64,000 bases of DNA from a virus. Of the stretch, positions 29,000 through 36,934 are shown piece by piece; within the stretch, counting starts at the first letter, position 1; every line of letters starts with the position of its first letter. Location of the stretch: the IMG/VR virus record IMGVR_UViG_3300044769_000080; one strand, written 5' to 3'. The position numbers and the translations under genes are program-made. The notes under the pieces were generated by a model that had not been told where the DNA came from, did not search any database, and saw nothing but the letters and a program-made list of their open reading frames with translations.

Positions 29000-29282
29000 G
29001 CAACCAGCCTTTACGGTCCACCCACACCCAGACTTGGTGTTTGTAAGCCTGAAACCCAGACGGTAGATTAGGGCGCTGGTAACGAGCCATTAGGAGCTTA
29101 GCACCTCTGATGGTGTTGGCCCGTTTGATAGTGATACAAATGATGGGCTCAGTGGGTTGTGATTCGTTTACCGCAACCAGCTGCCATGCATAGCTATCGT
29201 CGGTTTGGACAACGGTATAGCCAGTGGTTTCTAGTTCGACCTTGGCGATGCGCTTCACTCGTTCTGAGTCTAGTCGTGCCAA
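28950..29282 (-). CDS. hypothetical protein (110 aa), possible nuclease-fold
   Basis: ORF track. D...E.K-like arrangement (TDDSYAWQLVAVNESQ...ITIKR), not conclusive. Confidence 0.35.
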   Translation of the reverse strand: MARLDSERVKRIAKVELETTGYTVVQTDDSYAWQLVAVNESQPTEPIICITIKRANTIRGAKLLMARYQRPNLPSGFQAYKHQVWVWVDRKGWLHDIEAGEHGTTLVPSN

Positions 29283-29630
29283 TTAAATTTTCCTGCCGTC
29301 AAAATCGGATGATAGGTAATCAAGCATGCGTTTGGCTGTAAATACGGTGTTATTGCCTACCCTGAGTTTGTTACAGGCCCAACAAAGCAAGCCTCTGACT
29401 CGGCCGGTTTTGTGATCATGGTCTACGTGAGCAGTCATCTTACCTAGGTGGTTACCCGGTTTGTTGAGGCGCTTGAAGCAGATAGGACAGATACCGGATT
29501 GATGATCGAACATAGCATCCCACTGGTCGGATGTGATGCCATAATTACGGTTGAGGGAATAACAGCGCTTACAGAGTCCTTTAGCGGTTGAGGGACGGTC
29601 GGGATGACAGGTGGCTTGCTTAGGAGGCAT
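29283..29630 (-). CDS. recombination endonuclease VII-like Holliday-junction resolvase (115 aa)
   Basis: CxxC pairs plus HVDHDHKTGRVRGLLCWACN, matching the T4 gp49 / endonuclease VII motif H.DH.H.TG..RG.LC..CN. Confidence 0.7.
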   Translation of the reverse strand: MPPKQATCHPDRPSTAKGLCKRCYSLNRNYGITSDQWDAMFDHQSGICPICFKRLNKPGNHLGKMTAHVDHDHKTGRVRGLLCWACNKLRVGNNTVFTAKRMLDYLSSDFDGRKI

Positions 29631-29640
29631 CGATTCGGGG

Positions 29641-29670
29641 ATTATACCTCACCGGGCCTCGGATTGTCAA
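29641..29670 (-). promoter_or_regulatory. strong sigma70-like promoter on minus strand (TTGACA-18-TATAAT) driving the endonuclease VII gene and downstream block; near-leaderless
   Basis: Minus strand reads cgcTTGACAatccgaggcccggtgaggTATAATccccgaatcgATG. The -10 ends about 10 nt before the ATG at 29630. Confidence 0.5.
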
Positions 29671-29852
29671 GCGGCTGTAACTTTACCGCCAGTTTGGCTG
29701 TAGAGACTTCCCATGAAGTTAGCTAGGTTCATCATTACCCTGTCTCGCCTATGGGACCAAAGAACGGTCCTCCCGGCTTCGAAAGGGTAATTCCGTTGGG
29801 AGTGCTTTGGTGGCTGGGACTGGCACTGCAAAAAACCCCTACTCTTATAGAG

Positions 29853-29975
29853 TACTGAAATATTTCAGTAATTGGTTGCAGTAGAAAATTGCAGTAAATA
29901 AGTCCTTTAGATTCATGGGGTTGGCGGGTTACTGAAAATGCACTGCAACTGCAATTTACTGAATTTTTCATGAAA
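29853..29975. promoter_or_regulatory. AT-rich operator array in the divergent region: 18 bp perfect palindrome TACTGAAATATTTCAGTA, repeated TGCAGTA / TACTGAA half-sites, 10 bp palindrome TTTCATGAAA
   Basis: Seen directly: palindrome at 29853-29870. TGCAGTAgaaaatTGCAGTA at about 29877-29897. TTACTGAAAATGCACTGCAACTGCAATTTACTGAA at about 29929-29963. TTTCATGAAA at 29966-29975. Confidence 0.45.
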
Positions 29976-30389
29976 TGTGAGTCTGGAGCACTCAACCTTT
30001 GGTCCCTGGCGGCTGTCTGGTGGCGGGACTTTAGTCTCATTCCCGCATGCTGAGGCTAAAGCATGCTTTTTCTCAGGTACCCGTCCTGCGGGGGGGACTT
30101 TTAACCCCTACCCCCCATTGCCAAAATCGACAAGGTTTTGAATTTTCCCTAGGAACAACCGCGAGGCTACCCTCCCCGCCTAAAAAATGACACCCCCCGT
30201 CAGAGAATTGACCCCGAACTGGCGCACACTCGGCCCAAGGTTGTCAAGGCTTGACACGCTAAGTCGTTGTGTGGTAGGCACTTAGCGCCTAGCACGTCTC
30301 AGGCCCAGCGTCAACGCCAATCTATTGACGCTCGCAGGGCGTCAAGCGGGACCATAGGCGGGAATTGTAAGTCGTTGATTCTAAAGGAC

Positions 30390-30419
30390 TTGACCCTATG
30401 GCCGGGGTTGTGCTACCAT
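30390..30419 (+). promoter_or_regulatory. candidate early promoter on plus strand (TTGACC-18-TACCAT); a second weaker candidate is TTGACA-18-TAGGCA at 30251-30280
   Basis: Sequence acTTGACCctatggccggggttgtgcTACCATg. 10-mer TAAGTCGTTG repeated at about 30260 and 30367. Confidence 0.3.
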
Positions 30420-30508
30420 GTTTGCGGGCCGAAGTCTACCCGACACGGCCCAGCCCGCCGCATGATGTCCAATACAGGGCACAATGCAAGGGCAAAGGAC
30501 GGTATCAG

Positions 30509-30907
30509 ATGGGACAAGTCAAAATCGGTGACAAGGTGTTCAAGGATCAACCATCCGCGATGGAGTGGATGAACCAAGAGATGACGCGACTCGCAGAGGC
30601 TAACAAGGCGCTTGAAGCCAAAGCGGCCAATGGCGGCACGGTTGCCAGCGAGCGGTCATTTTCGGTGACGGAAGCGACCTACTCGGCCGGTGACAAGGCG
30701 AAAGCCAAGTCATTCCTTCAGGGCAAGCCGAAAGGGAACTTGAAGATCACCGGCCCGGGACTCGACTACGGCGTCGAAGTCTCTCCGCTCGGCATCAGGA
30801 CGATCTTGGAGCACAAGGATGAGATCATGACCTTCGTGACCGAGAACGAAGCGAAGCTTGCCGCGAACGCGGCAACGGTCAAGGAACTCAAAGCCAAGAA
30901 TCGCTAG
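30509..30907 (+). CDS. hypothetical early protein (132 aa; internal ATG with RBS preferred over ORF-track start 30398)
   Basis: AGGA 8-10 nt upstream of ATG 30509. In frame with the ORF-track entry. Confidence 0.45.
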   Translation: MGQVKIGDKVFKDQPSAMEWMNQEMTRLAEANKALEAKAANGGTVASERSFSVTEATYSAGDKAKAKSFLQGKPKGNLKITGPGLDYGVEVSPLGIRTILEHKDEIMTFVTENEAKLAANAATVKELKAKNR

Positions 30908-31177
30908 ACAGGTGCACGTTGGGAGTGCAGCAGGCGTGGCTTGTTGCACTCACAAGGTCCACGGTCAACAGCAGGGACAAGGCAAACCGCGAATCGAGTT
31001 CGGGCAAGGGCTCGCGGCAGGATGGCCCGGCAAGGCCCCTAGCCGCCCCCAGGACGCGAAAACGGCAGGCACGACGCGGGTTAGGCCACAACGGTTCGCC
31101 GAACGCAGGCAGGGCAGCCAATCGAGACTTTCGCCACGAAAAGCGAAACCGGCCGCCAGACAGAGCATCAAGAGCAC

Positions 31178-31375
31178 TTGGAGCGTAGACAGATGGTAGA
31201 CAAGCCAGCACAGACCGACAGAGCACAGCCTATGTGCTCGTATTGCGACCGTCCAGCTTATGCATGGGACGCATTGAGCGGGACTAACCACTATGGCTGC
31301 GTCCAGCACGAGTCAATGCTTGCGATCCCTGTGCTGATGTCGGTAATGGTTGCGCGTCCGAAACGCATTCGGTGA
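31178..31375 (+). CDS. small Cys-rich protein (65 aa)
   Basis: ORF track. CSYCDRPAY...GCVQHE zinc-ribbon-like. Confidence 0.35.
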   Translation: MERRQMVDKPAQTDRAQPMCSYCDRPAYAWDALSGTNHYGCVQHESMLAIPVLMSVMVARPKRIR

Positions 31376-31456
31376 TGGACGCTCTGACTCGTGCAATACG
31401 GTAACATGGGCCTTTAGTATGCTGAGAACCACCGGGAGTCACTAACGGTGGTTTGA

Positions 31457-31678
31457 TTGGACACTATGAAACAAACGATGAAAGAGCAGTGGGTTAAGCT
31501 GGCAGTCTCCACTAAGCTGCCCTGTCCTGTGGGACATGGTTGGACGTGGATGACTGTCGAAGGCGAGCCATCTGCTGACGGTTGCTGGATGGAACATTCA
31601 CACGCTGTCAGCATTGCTGAGCAGATTGAAGCCATTCGGCCTGATGTCAAGACTGAGATTTATCCGATCTTCGGATAG
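31457..31678 (+). CDS. hypothetical protein (73 aa)
   Basis: ORF track. Confidence 0.4.
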   Translation: MDTMKQTMKEQWVKLAVSTKLPCPVGHGWTWMTVEGEPSADGCWMEHSHAVSIAEQIEAIRPDVKTEIYPIFG

Positions 31679-31689
31679 GAGCTGAGACG

Positions 31690-31878
31690 ATGGAAGGAAC
31701 AACACCAGTGCAACAGCAACAATACACTATCCTGATCACATCCAACGGGGCTGAGGCTCGATTCACCTACCGTCGGCCTGTGGATGCGAGCATTAAAATG
31801 CATTCACTGATGCAGGTTTTCGGTGTGTTTGATTACACCTACGACGTTCTGAGCAGAACGTATCTGATTGAGTGGTAG
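31690..31878 (+). CDS. hypothetical protein (62 aa)
   Basis: ORF track. Confidence 0.4.
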   Translation: MEGTTPVQQQQYTILITSNGAEARFTYRRPVDASIKMHSLMQVFGVFDYTYDVLSRTYLIEW

Positions 31879-31888
31879 GAGGACTGAG

Positions 31889-32149
31889 ATGGCTGATATT
31901 AAAAACTGTGGAGAAGCTGTGAAATACTTCATGCTTCACATTTTCCTGCACGATGATGAATGTGCTGTGTATCTGAGCAAGTTTACAGGTGCACAGATAC
32001 GCTTCACGTTCCACAACTACGGTGGTGACATTGACTGGGGAACGGTGTTCAAATGCATCCGGTTCTTTGAGCCGGAAAACGTCATCATCAGCCCTCGAGC
32101 GCAAGCTGCTGATGGAATGACTGACGCTCAGGAGGTTAGCTGTGGTTAG
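31889..32149 (+). CDS. hypothetical protein (86 aa)
   Basis: AGGAGG RBS then ATG at 31889. In frame with ORF-track entry 31868. Confidence 0.45.
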   Translation: MADIKNCGEAVKYFMLHIFLHDDECAVYLSKFTGAQIRFTFHNYGGDIDWGTVFKCIRFFEPENVIISPRAQAADGMTDAQEVSCG

Positions 32150-32303
32150 TAGCATCATTTACATTACAGTCAAGGCAGTCATCAAAGCTGATGACGAGCG
32201 ACAAGCGAAGGAGCGGATTGACGCCTTGCGCGAGTGTATCGAGGGCTCTTGCAAGGTGCTTCCGTTCGTTGGTCACGTTTCATTGATAGAACAAGAAAGG
32301 TAA
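32142..32303 (+). CDS. small protein (53 aa), GTG start, not in ORF track
   Basis: CAGGAGGttagctGTG. Translation MVSSIIYITVKAVIKADDERQAKERIDALRECIEGSCKVLPFVGHVSLIEQER. Confidence 0.4.
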   Translation: MVSSIIYITVKAVIKADDERQAKERIDALRECIEGSCKVLPFVGHVSLIEQER

Positions 32304-32313
32304 CGGCCCTGTA

Positions 32314-32493
32314 ATGACTGCCAAACGCCGTCGGCCAACAGACATTAGTGATCTTGAATCACTTACGTTCCACCTGACGTGGTGGAATGTATTTGATTGC
32401 CTTGTACAACGGTATGTGCTTGGCTATATCACGATTCAGGATTACATGGCGGCACGGCTGCTGTTTCACAATCATTTCAACAAGGAAGACTGA
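32314..32493 (+). CDS. small protein (59 aa), not in ORF track
   Basis: Translation MTAKRRRPTDISDLESLTFHLTWWNVFDCLVQRYVLGYITIQDYMAARLLFHNHFNKED. Fills the gap between neighbours. Confidence 0.35.
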   Translation: MTAKRRRPTDISDLESLTFHLTWWNVFDCLVQRYVLGYITIQDYMAARLLFHNHFNKED

Positions 32494-32495
32494 AA

Positions 32496-32633
32496 ATGCA
32501 CAACTATCGAATCACCTTGACTGATGACAACGGCGATCCATTGAGTGCCGCACGCGGGATCATGGTTGGGCTGATTATGGGTATGTTCTGCCTTGCCGTG
32601 ATCAGTGCAGTTGCTTACGTGCTTGTGCACTAG
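32496..32633 (+). CDS. small membrane protein (45 aa)
   Basis: GGAAG RBS. Translation MHNYRITLTDDNGDPLSAARGIMVGLIMGMFCLAVISAVAYVLVH. In frame with ORF-track entry 32397. Confidence 0.4.
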   Translation: MHNYRITLTDDNGDPLSAARGIMVGLIMGMFCLAVISAVAYVLVH

Positions 32634-32645
32634 GGAGGACAACGA

Positions 32646-32951
32646 ATGGCCGCAAGACTATATAGCCTGTTTCGCAAGGACGGTAGGAACTGGGTTCGTG
32701 AGCAAGGTGCTGGTGCGTATCAGCGGAGCACAGCTGTTCGCATCTTTCAGTCTCGCCTGATTGATTCAGCGTTCAGCCCAGCACCGCTCAGCCTCCGTCC
32801 AGTCAAGTCTCAGACCCCGACTGCATTGGAAGCGTCCGAGCTACTGTGCAAACGCTGCGAAGCACACTTGCACAATGCGTGTTTGGGCGGAACGTGTGCA
32901 TGTATCTGTCGCCGGTTCAAGACAGTGGACAAGGGAGGAAATGATGCGTAA
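32646..32951 (+). CDS. hypothetical protein (101 aa), C-terminal Cys cluster
   Basis: ORF track. Confidence 0.4.
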   Translation: MAARLYSLFRKDGRNWVREQGAGAYQRSTAVRIFQSRLIDSAFSPAPLSLRPVKSQTPTALEASELLCKRCEAHLHNACLGGTCACICRRFKTVDKGGNDA

Positions 32952-33162
32952 GCGTCCATCAGGACTCAAGTCACTGCCTAAGAGCAGCAACGGCACGCAC
33001 CGAATCGCTGGCAGTTTTGGGATACTGAAATACCAGCGGGAGGAGATCCGTCGCCGTGCTTGGTCAAAAGGCTGGACCGTGAGCCGATACGTGAATCACC
33101 TGCTCTGGTCTGATTGGCTGCAAGAGCAGGATCGTCGGGTGACTCGTAAGCGGATAAAGTGA
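32941..33162 (+). CDS. hypothetical basic protein (73 aa)
   Basis: GGGAGG RBS before ATGATG at 32941. In frame with ORF-track entry 32761. Confidence 0.4.
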   Translation: MMRKRPSGLKSLPKSSNGTHRIAGSFGILKYQREEIRRRAWSKGWTVSRYVNHLLWSDWLQEQDRRVTRKRIK

Positions 33163-33374
33163 GGCCGTTTGTGTTTATTGTAAAGTTCAAGCAAGACGGC
33201 AAACTCATGCAGCTATGGACGCATGAGCCCATCGCTTGCGAGCTTGGGACCGTCAAGATTGGAGATGTTGTTTACGTCCCAGATCCGCCTGAGGATGATT
33301 ACAAGGGACTGGTTATCGATACGGTGCATGCAACGCTGCTGCCATTGCTGAATGCGAGGAATTTCGAACCATGA
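33159..33374 (+). CDS. hypothetical protein (71 aa)
   Basis: ORF track. ATGA overlap. Confidence 0.4.
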   Translation: MRPFVFIVKFKQDGKLMQLWTHEPIACELGTVKIGDVVYVPDPPEDDYKGLVIDTVHATLLPLLNARNFEP

Positions 33375-33598
33375 AACAGCTCACACGCACAGCCGTCCTC
33401 GACATTGCTGGTGGGTTACGTATCGCGGCTGCTCAGATGGGACGCGAAGCAAAATCAGCTAGGGATCTTGGCTTCGTTGACTTGGCTGCGGCCTGCACAT
33501 CGAAAGCTGCGAAATACAGCACACTGGCGGAACTGATTGGCAGAAGTCTGACGGGCAACCCTCAGGCTACCCGTCAGCGTCAGGTCAGTAAACCTTAG
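33371..33598 (+). CDS. hypothetical protein (75 aa)
   Basis: ORF track. ATGA overlap. Confidence 0.4.
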   Translation: MKQLTRTAVLDIAGGLRIAAAQMGREAKSARDLGFVDLAAACTSKAAKYSTLAELIGRSLTGNPQATRQRQVSKP

Positions 33599-33667
33599 GC
33601 TTACTTTTCAGGATCACTAATGCTGCCACGACTAGCAGGAAAACCACTAAGGGATCTGGCATGGGCC

Positions 33668-34369
33668 TTAGCCAGCGGTGCCGGTCCTCGGGATCTCTTC
33701 CTCTGTCGTGGTGGTCAGTGTCGGAACGACAAGTCTGAGTGCGCCAAGCGCATGAACCCCTCTGGGCTCACGCAGCGTGACCAGTGGCTCGATGTTCCGA
33801 GCTTCGTTCTCGATCCTGCTGACCGTGCGATCCGGCCAGTGCAGCTGGATCTTGAGTGCGTCGAACAACGACCGTGCCTGATCGGGAGGGATGAATCCCA
33901 TGATGGTTTTCATAGCCCTCGCCATCGCGACGGTTGGAGAGACGGGCGCATTCGCTATTCTGTGCGACCGTTCTACGGGCGTTTCGGCTGTGGCTGTTCC
34001 TGCTTGTTTACCTGCCACCCGGCGGAGATACTCAGCGGCCTGATACGCAGGGTGGTCACGGTAACCCAGAGACTGAGGCTTGGATCGGCTCTGCTCTGGC
34101 AGGTCAGGAATGAACAAGCGAACGAACGTGGCAAACGTCCCTCCACCTGTTTCCTGTTGCCATGCAGCAAAAGCCGTCATAAATTTGGGCGCAAGCTCCG
34201 CCCGAGATTCAGATACGATCTTGAACTCATCCACGTAAGACGTGAACGCACGTCTGAGGTTGTTCACGGTTTTCCGAAGCTTCGCAGACAGAGCGGCCAT
34301 CACAGACGGTTCAGCCGCTGCTCTGATCTTGCGCGCTGTTTTCTTTGCCATACTACACACTCCACTCAT
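33668..34369 (-). CDS. reverse-oriented gene in the early block: candidate regulator (about 230 aa), GC-rich
   Basis: The only minus-strand gene between 30.4 and 57 kb. Divergent from the plus gene at 34628, with two palindromic operators between. About 60% GC. The plus-strand 424 aa ORF across it is its antisense artefact. Confidence 0.5.
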   Translation of the reverse strand: MSGVCSMAKKTARKIRAAAEPSVMAALSAKLRKTVNNLRRAFTSYVDEFKIVSESRAELAPKFMTAFAAWQQETGGGTFATFVRLFIPDLPEQSRSKPQSLGYRDHPAYQAAEYLRRVAGKQAGTATAETPVERSHRIANAPVSPTVAMARAMKTIMGFIPPDQARSLFDALKIQLHWPDRTVSRIENEARNIEPLVTLREPRGVHALGALRLVVPTLTTTTEEEIPRTGTAG

Positions 34370-34558
34370 GCCGGGCAAAATGCACGGCTAGCCGGGAACC
34401 TGCAACCCGCGTGCCAAACCGCTAAATCGTTGCGGGTCAACGAGTTGCACGGCAGAGCGGCAATGGGCTACATGAGTTTCGGGATGCGCCGATGCCACCT
34501 CTTACGCCTCTGTTACACACCGAAGCTCTACATTCAACTGTATTGTTTCCATACACAG

Positions 34559-34607
34559 CAGTGTAATTCTTACACTGTCACTGTATTGGATCGTGTAATT
34601 ATTACAC
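34559..34607. promoter_or_regulatory. two palindromic operators GTGTAA-N3-TTACAC (O1 CAGTGTAATTCTTACACTG 34559-34577; O2 GTGTAATTATTACAC 34593-34607), centres about 32 bp apart
   Basis: Perfect inverted repeats read directly. Located between the divergent gene pair 33668-34369 (-) and 34628-34894 (+). Confidence 0.55.
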
Positions 34608-34627
34608 TGTTCTCAGTGGAAACAGCC

Positions 34628-34894
34628 ATGGAAACAGCCATTCAGATGATTGAGCAGGCGAAGAAAAAGCGAAACCCACTCATGAAACAGCCGGGCTTCT
34701 ATGGCTGGGTCGGCGGTAATATTACAGCCACTTACGCGCATAAGAACGCGGCAAACGCGCGATATTCGAATGAGAACCCCTGGGGGTTGGGTCGATTTGA
34801 CAAACCGGCTGGCCCGGGCGTAGGCTTGTCGCGACCCGAGTTGTGGCCAGTCGGCCAAAAACGGCCTGCAAGTGCTCTTATACAAGTTGATTGA
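34628..34894 (+). CDS. hypothetical protein (88 aa) starting within a 12 bp tandem duplication GGAAACAGCCAT x2
   Basis: ATG immediately after operator O2. Tandem 12-mer at 34618-34641 gives METAMETA. Contains an internal TTGACAAACC-18-TAGGCT promoter-like element at 34796-34825. Confidence 0.4.
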   Translation: METAIQMIEQAKKKRNPLMKQPGFYGWVGGNITATYAHKNAANARYSNENPWGLGRFDKPAGPGVGLSRPELWPVGQKRPASALIQVD

Positions 34895-35352
34895 GGATTC
34901 AGGTGCTGAAACAAATTATCTCAGGTGGACAGTATGGAGCTGACCAAGGAGGCTCTGAAGCTGCCATCACACTTGGCCTTGAGCCGGGAGGATTCATTCC
35001 GAAGAATTATCTGACTGAGCGTGGTGCTTTGTCACTGGACTTTGTGCGGCGTTGGAAGCTTACTGAGCACAATGCAACTGGTTATCCTCCGAGGACCGCT
35101 GCTAATGTCCGTTGGGGACATGGAACAGTGATCTTCGGTGACGTTACCAGTGCTGGCTCGAAGCTTACGCTTCGTCTGTGCAAGGAAGAAGGCAAACCGT
35201 GTCTTACGAATCCAACATCTGATCAGCTAAAGAGGTGGGTGGAGGAGAATAAGATCGAGATACTGAATGTCGCTGGTAATCGTGAGAGCAAAGCTCCCGG
35301 TATTTACCAGCAAGTGCATGATACCATCGTCGCAGCCTTCGGAGGCAAGTAA
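34891..35352 (+). CDS. Rossmann-like nucleotide-binding protein, LOG/SLOG/DprA-like (153 aa)
   Basis: N-terminal ISGGQYGADQGGSEAA and later NVAGNRES resemble GGxxGxD motifs of the SLOG/LOG superfamily. Low certainty. Confidence 0.35.
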   Translation: MRIQVLKQIISGGQYGADQGGSEAAITLGLEPGGFIPKNYLTERGALSLDFVRRWKLTEHNATGYPPRTAANVRWGHGTVIFGDVTSAGSKLTLRLCKEEGKPCLTNPTSDQLKRWVEENKIEILNVAGNRESKAPGIYQQVHDTIVAAFGGK

Positions 35353-36077
35353 TGGGTGTTTTCTACGATCAGACCAGCAAAGACGAGCTTGAGATTCGCC
35401 GTCAGCCATCTGAATACGTCTCCTCATTACCGACCATGATGCAGTGGACACTGTGGCTCGCATTCACTCGCCCTGAGCACGCAGCTGTCCTCACACATAG
35501 TCAATTCTCGTTAGTGCTCTACACCTGTATCGCATGCGGTGCTCAGTTCAACGAGTATCCGAATGCTGACCACACAGCCATGTCGAAGCAAGCGCCGAAG
35601 CGGGTTCACAAGATCCGTGTCGGTGCGAAGGTTCGGAAGGAAAAGATCGACCACTACCTTCGCATGAGTGACAGCATGAAAGTAACTGAGAAAGAACAGA
35701 TTCCCGTCACCGTGACAAAGCAAGGGCTTGGCTGCCCTGATTGTGTTGCTCTCTACGCTGAGAAAGAATCTGAGGCAGCTGGAGTGAACATCACTCGCGA
35801 ACAGATCAACACCATACAGGCTCATATGGCACAGCTGAAAGGCTGTGCTAACAGCGGCTGCGGGAAGCCTTACAACGAATGCAAGTGCAAGAAGTTCAAG
35901 CCTCATACGTTCCGAGCAATGGGGCTGGTGCAGCCTTACTTAACCGTGCTTGAAACACCTGAATGCAAGGTCTGCAAGGATACGCTGCATCGATGGGACG
36001 CAACGAAATGGAACACTGAGCGTAAGGCTCTAGGCGCCTATGTTCGGTGTCGGTGCTCGCCTGAGAGATTGAGTTGA
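35352..36077 (+). CDS. multi-Cys (zinc-finger-like) protein (241 aa)
   Basis: CIACG, CPDC, CANSGCGKPYNECKCKK, CKVCKD, CRCSPE clusters. Confidence 0.4.
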   Translation: MGVFYDQTSKDELEIRRQPSEYVSSLPTMMQWTLWLAFTRPEHAAVLTHSQFSLVLYTCIACGAQFNEYPNADHTAMSKQAPKRVHKIRVGAKVRKEKIDHYLRMSDSMKVTEKEQIPVTVTKQGLGCPDCVALYAEKESEAAGVNITREQINTIQAHMAQLKGCANSGCGKPYNECKCKKFKPHTFRAMGLVQPYLTVLETPECKVCKDTLHRWDATKWNTERKALGAYVRCRCSPERLS

Positions 36078-36138
36078 CCACCACATCCGAACCTCCTAAG
36101 CTGCACGAGATGTGTGAGGGCTAAGGGGGACGTAGGGT

Positions 36139-36348
36139 GTGGTGGTCTGTGACCGAGTGAACGGAGGCCCAATGAGACTGAGAGCGGATCGTCTTGAGAT
36201 GAGGCGAAGTGAAGCTGCTCAGCGTAATGCTGAGTGGCGGAAGCTGTCGCCAAAAGAAAAACTAGATGCCCTCGACACGAGATTAGGTGTCGGTAAGGGT
36301 GCAACGAGACAGCGGAAGCTGCTTGGAAAAGCCGAGGCGAAGTCATGA
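36139..36348 (+). CDS. hypothetical basic protein (69 aa)
   Basis: ORF track. Confidence 0.35.
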   Translation: MVVCDRVNGGPMRLRADRLEMRRSEAAQRNAEWRKLSPKEKLDALDTRLGVGKGATRQRKLLGKAEAKS

Positions 36349-36776
36349 GACTGATCATCAAGGGTGCGAGCATGGAGAACATGAAGCTCCTCATGCTGGC
36401 TGTCGAAAACGTCAACTCTATCGCTGGTGCGAACCTGGAGATGGAGATTGATCCTGAATTCCCTGCCCTGCCGAAGCGTCGTGGCCGTGGCCCGAGGGTT
36501 CAGTATCGTTCGCTGGTCAGCCCTGATCACTTCAAGACCGTGCTTGAGGGGATCGGTGAGAAAACATGGGAAGGCGTGATCTTCACTCACATCCATCAAT
36601 CTGGTCCTTGCACGGAGAAACAGCTGCGAGGATCTATTGTGGGCCTCAAGCAGAAAGCTGCTGAGTCTGCCATCCATCGCCTGAAAGGCATGACGTGGAT
36701 TCAGGCTGAAGAGCTTGGGACAACCGACCAGCCTGCCGATGACGACGAGATCATCATCATCGGTGACCAGCGATGA
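36345..36776 (+). CDS. hypothetical protein (143 aa) with acidic C-terminal tail ...ADDDEIIIIGDQR
   Basis: ORF track. The C-terminal motif is shared with gene 45415-45975. Confidence 0.45.
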   Translation: MRLIIKGASMENMKLLMLAVENVNSIAGANLEMEIDPEFPALPKRRGRGPRVQYRSLVSPDHFKTVLEGIGEKTWEGVIFTHIHQSGPCTEKQLRGSIVGLKQKAAESAIHRLKGMTWIQAEELGTTDQPADDDEIIIIGDQR

Positions 36777-36934
36777 GCCTCGTTGACAAGGCACGTCGGC
36801 GACGGAATCGTGAGGTTCGTGTCACTGAACGTTTGAGGGCGATTGCGAACGCGGCATTCCCCAAACCCGTGGCACACAGGAGCACTCGCAACCACTTCAA
36901 ACGCCTGAAGGAACAGCTGCAAGGGGGTAAGTGA
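36773..36934 (+). CDS. small basic protein (53 aa), not in ORF track
   Basis: ATGA overlap. Translation MSLVDKARRRRNREVRVTERLRAIANAAFPKPVAHRSTRNHFKRLKEQLQGGK. Confidence 0.35.
   Translation: MSLVDKARRRRNREVRVTERLRAIANAAFPKPVAHRSTRNHFKRLKEQLQGGK

Noticed and set aside
30000-30130. GC-skewed segment with G7/C6 runs and a 6 bp stem GCGGGA...TCCCGC, considered as a tRNA or ncRNA
   Set aside because: No cloverleaf and no conserved RNA motif recognisable by eye. Left as part of the structured divergent control region.
33620-34894. 424 aa plus-strand ORF
   Set aside because: R/C-rich low-complexity translation. It is the antisense of the real minus-strand gene 33668-34369. Only its last about 88 codons (34628-34894) look genuine.
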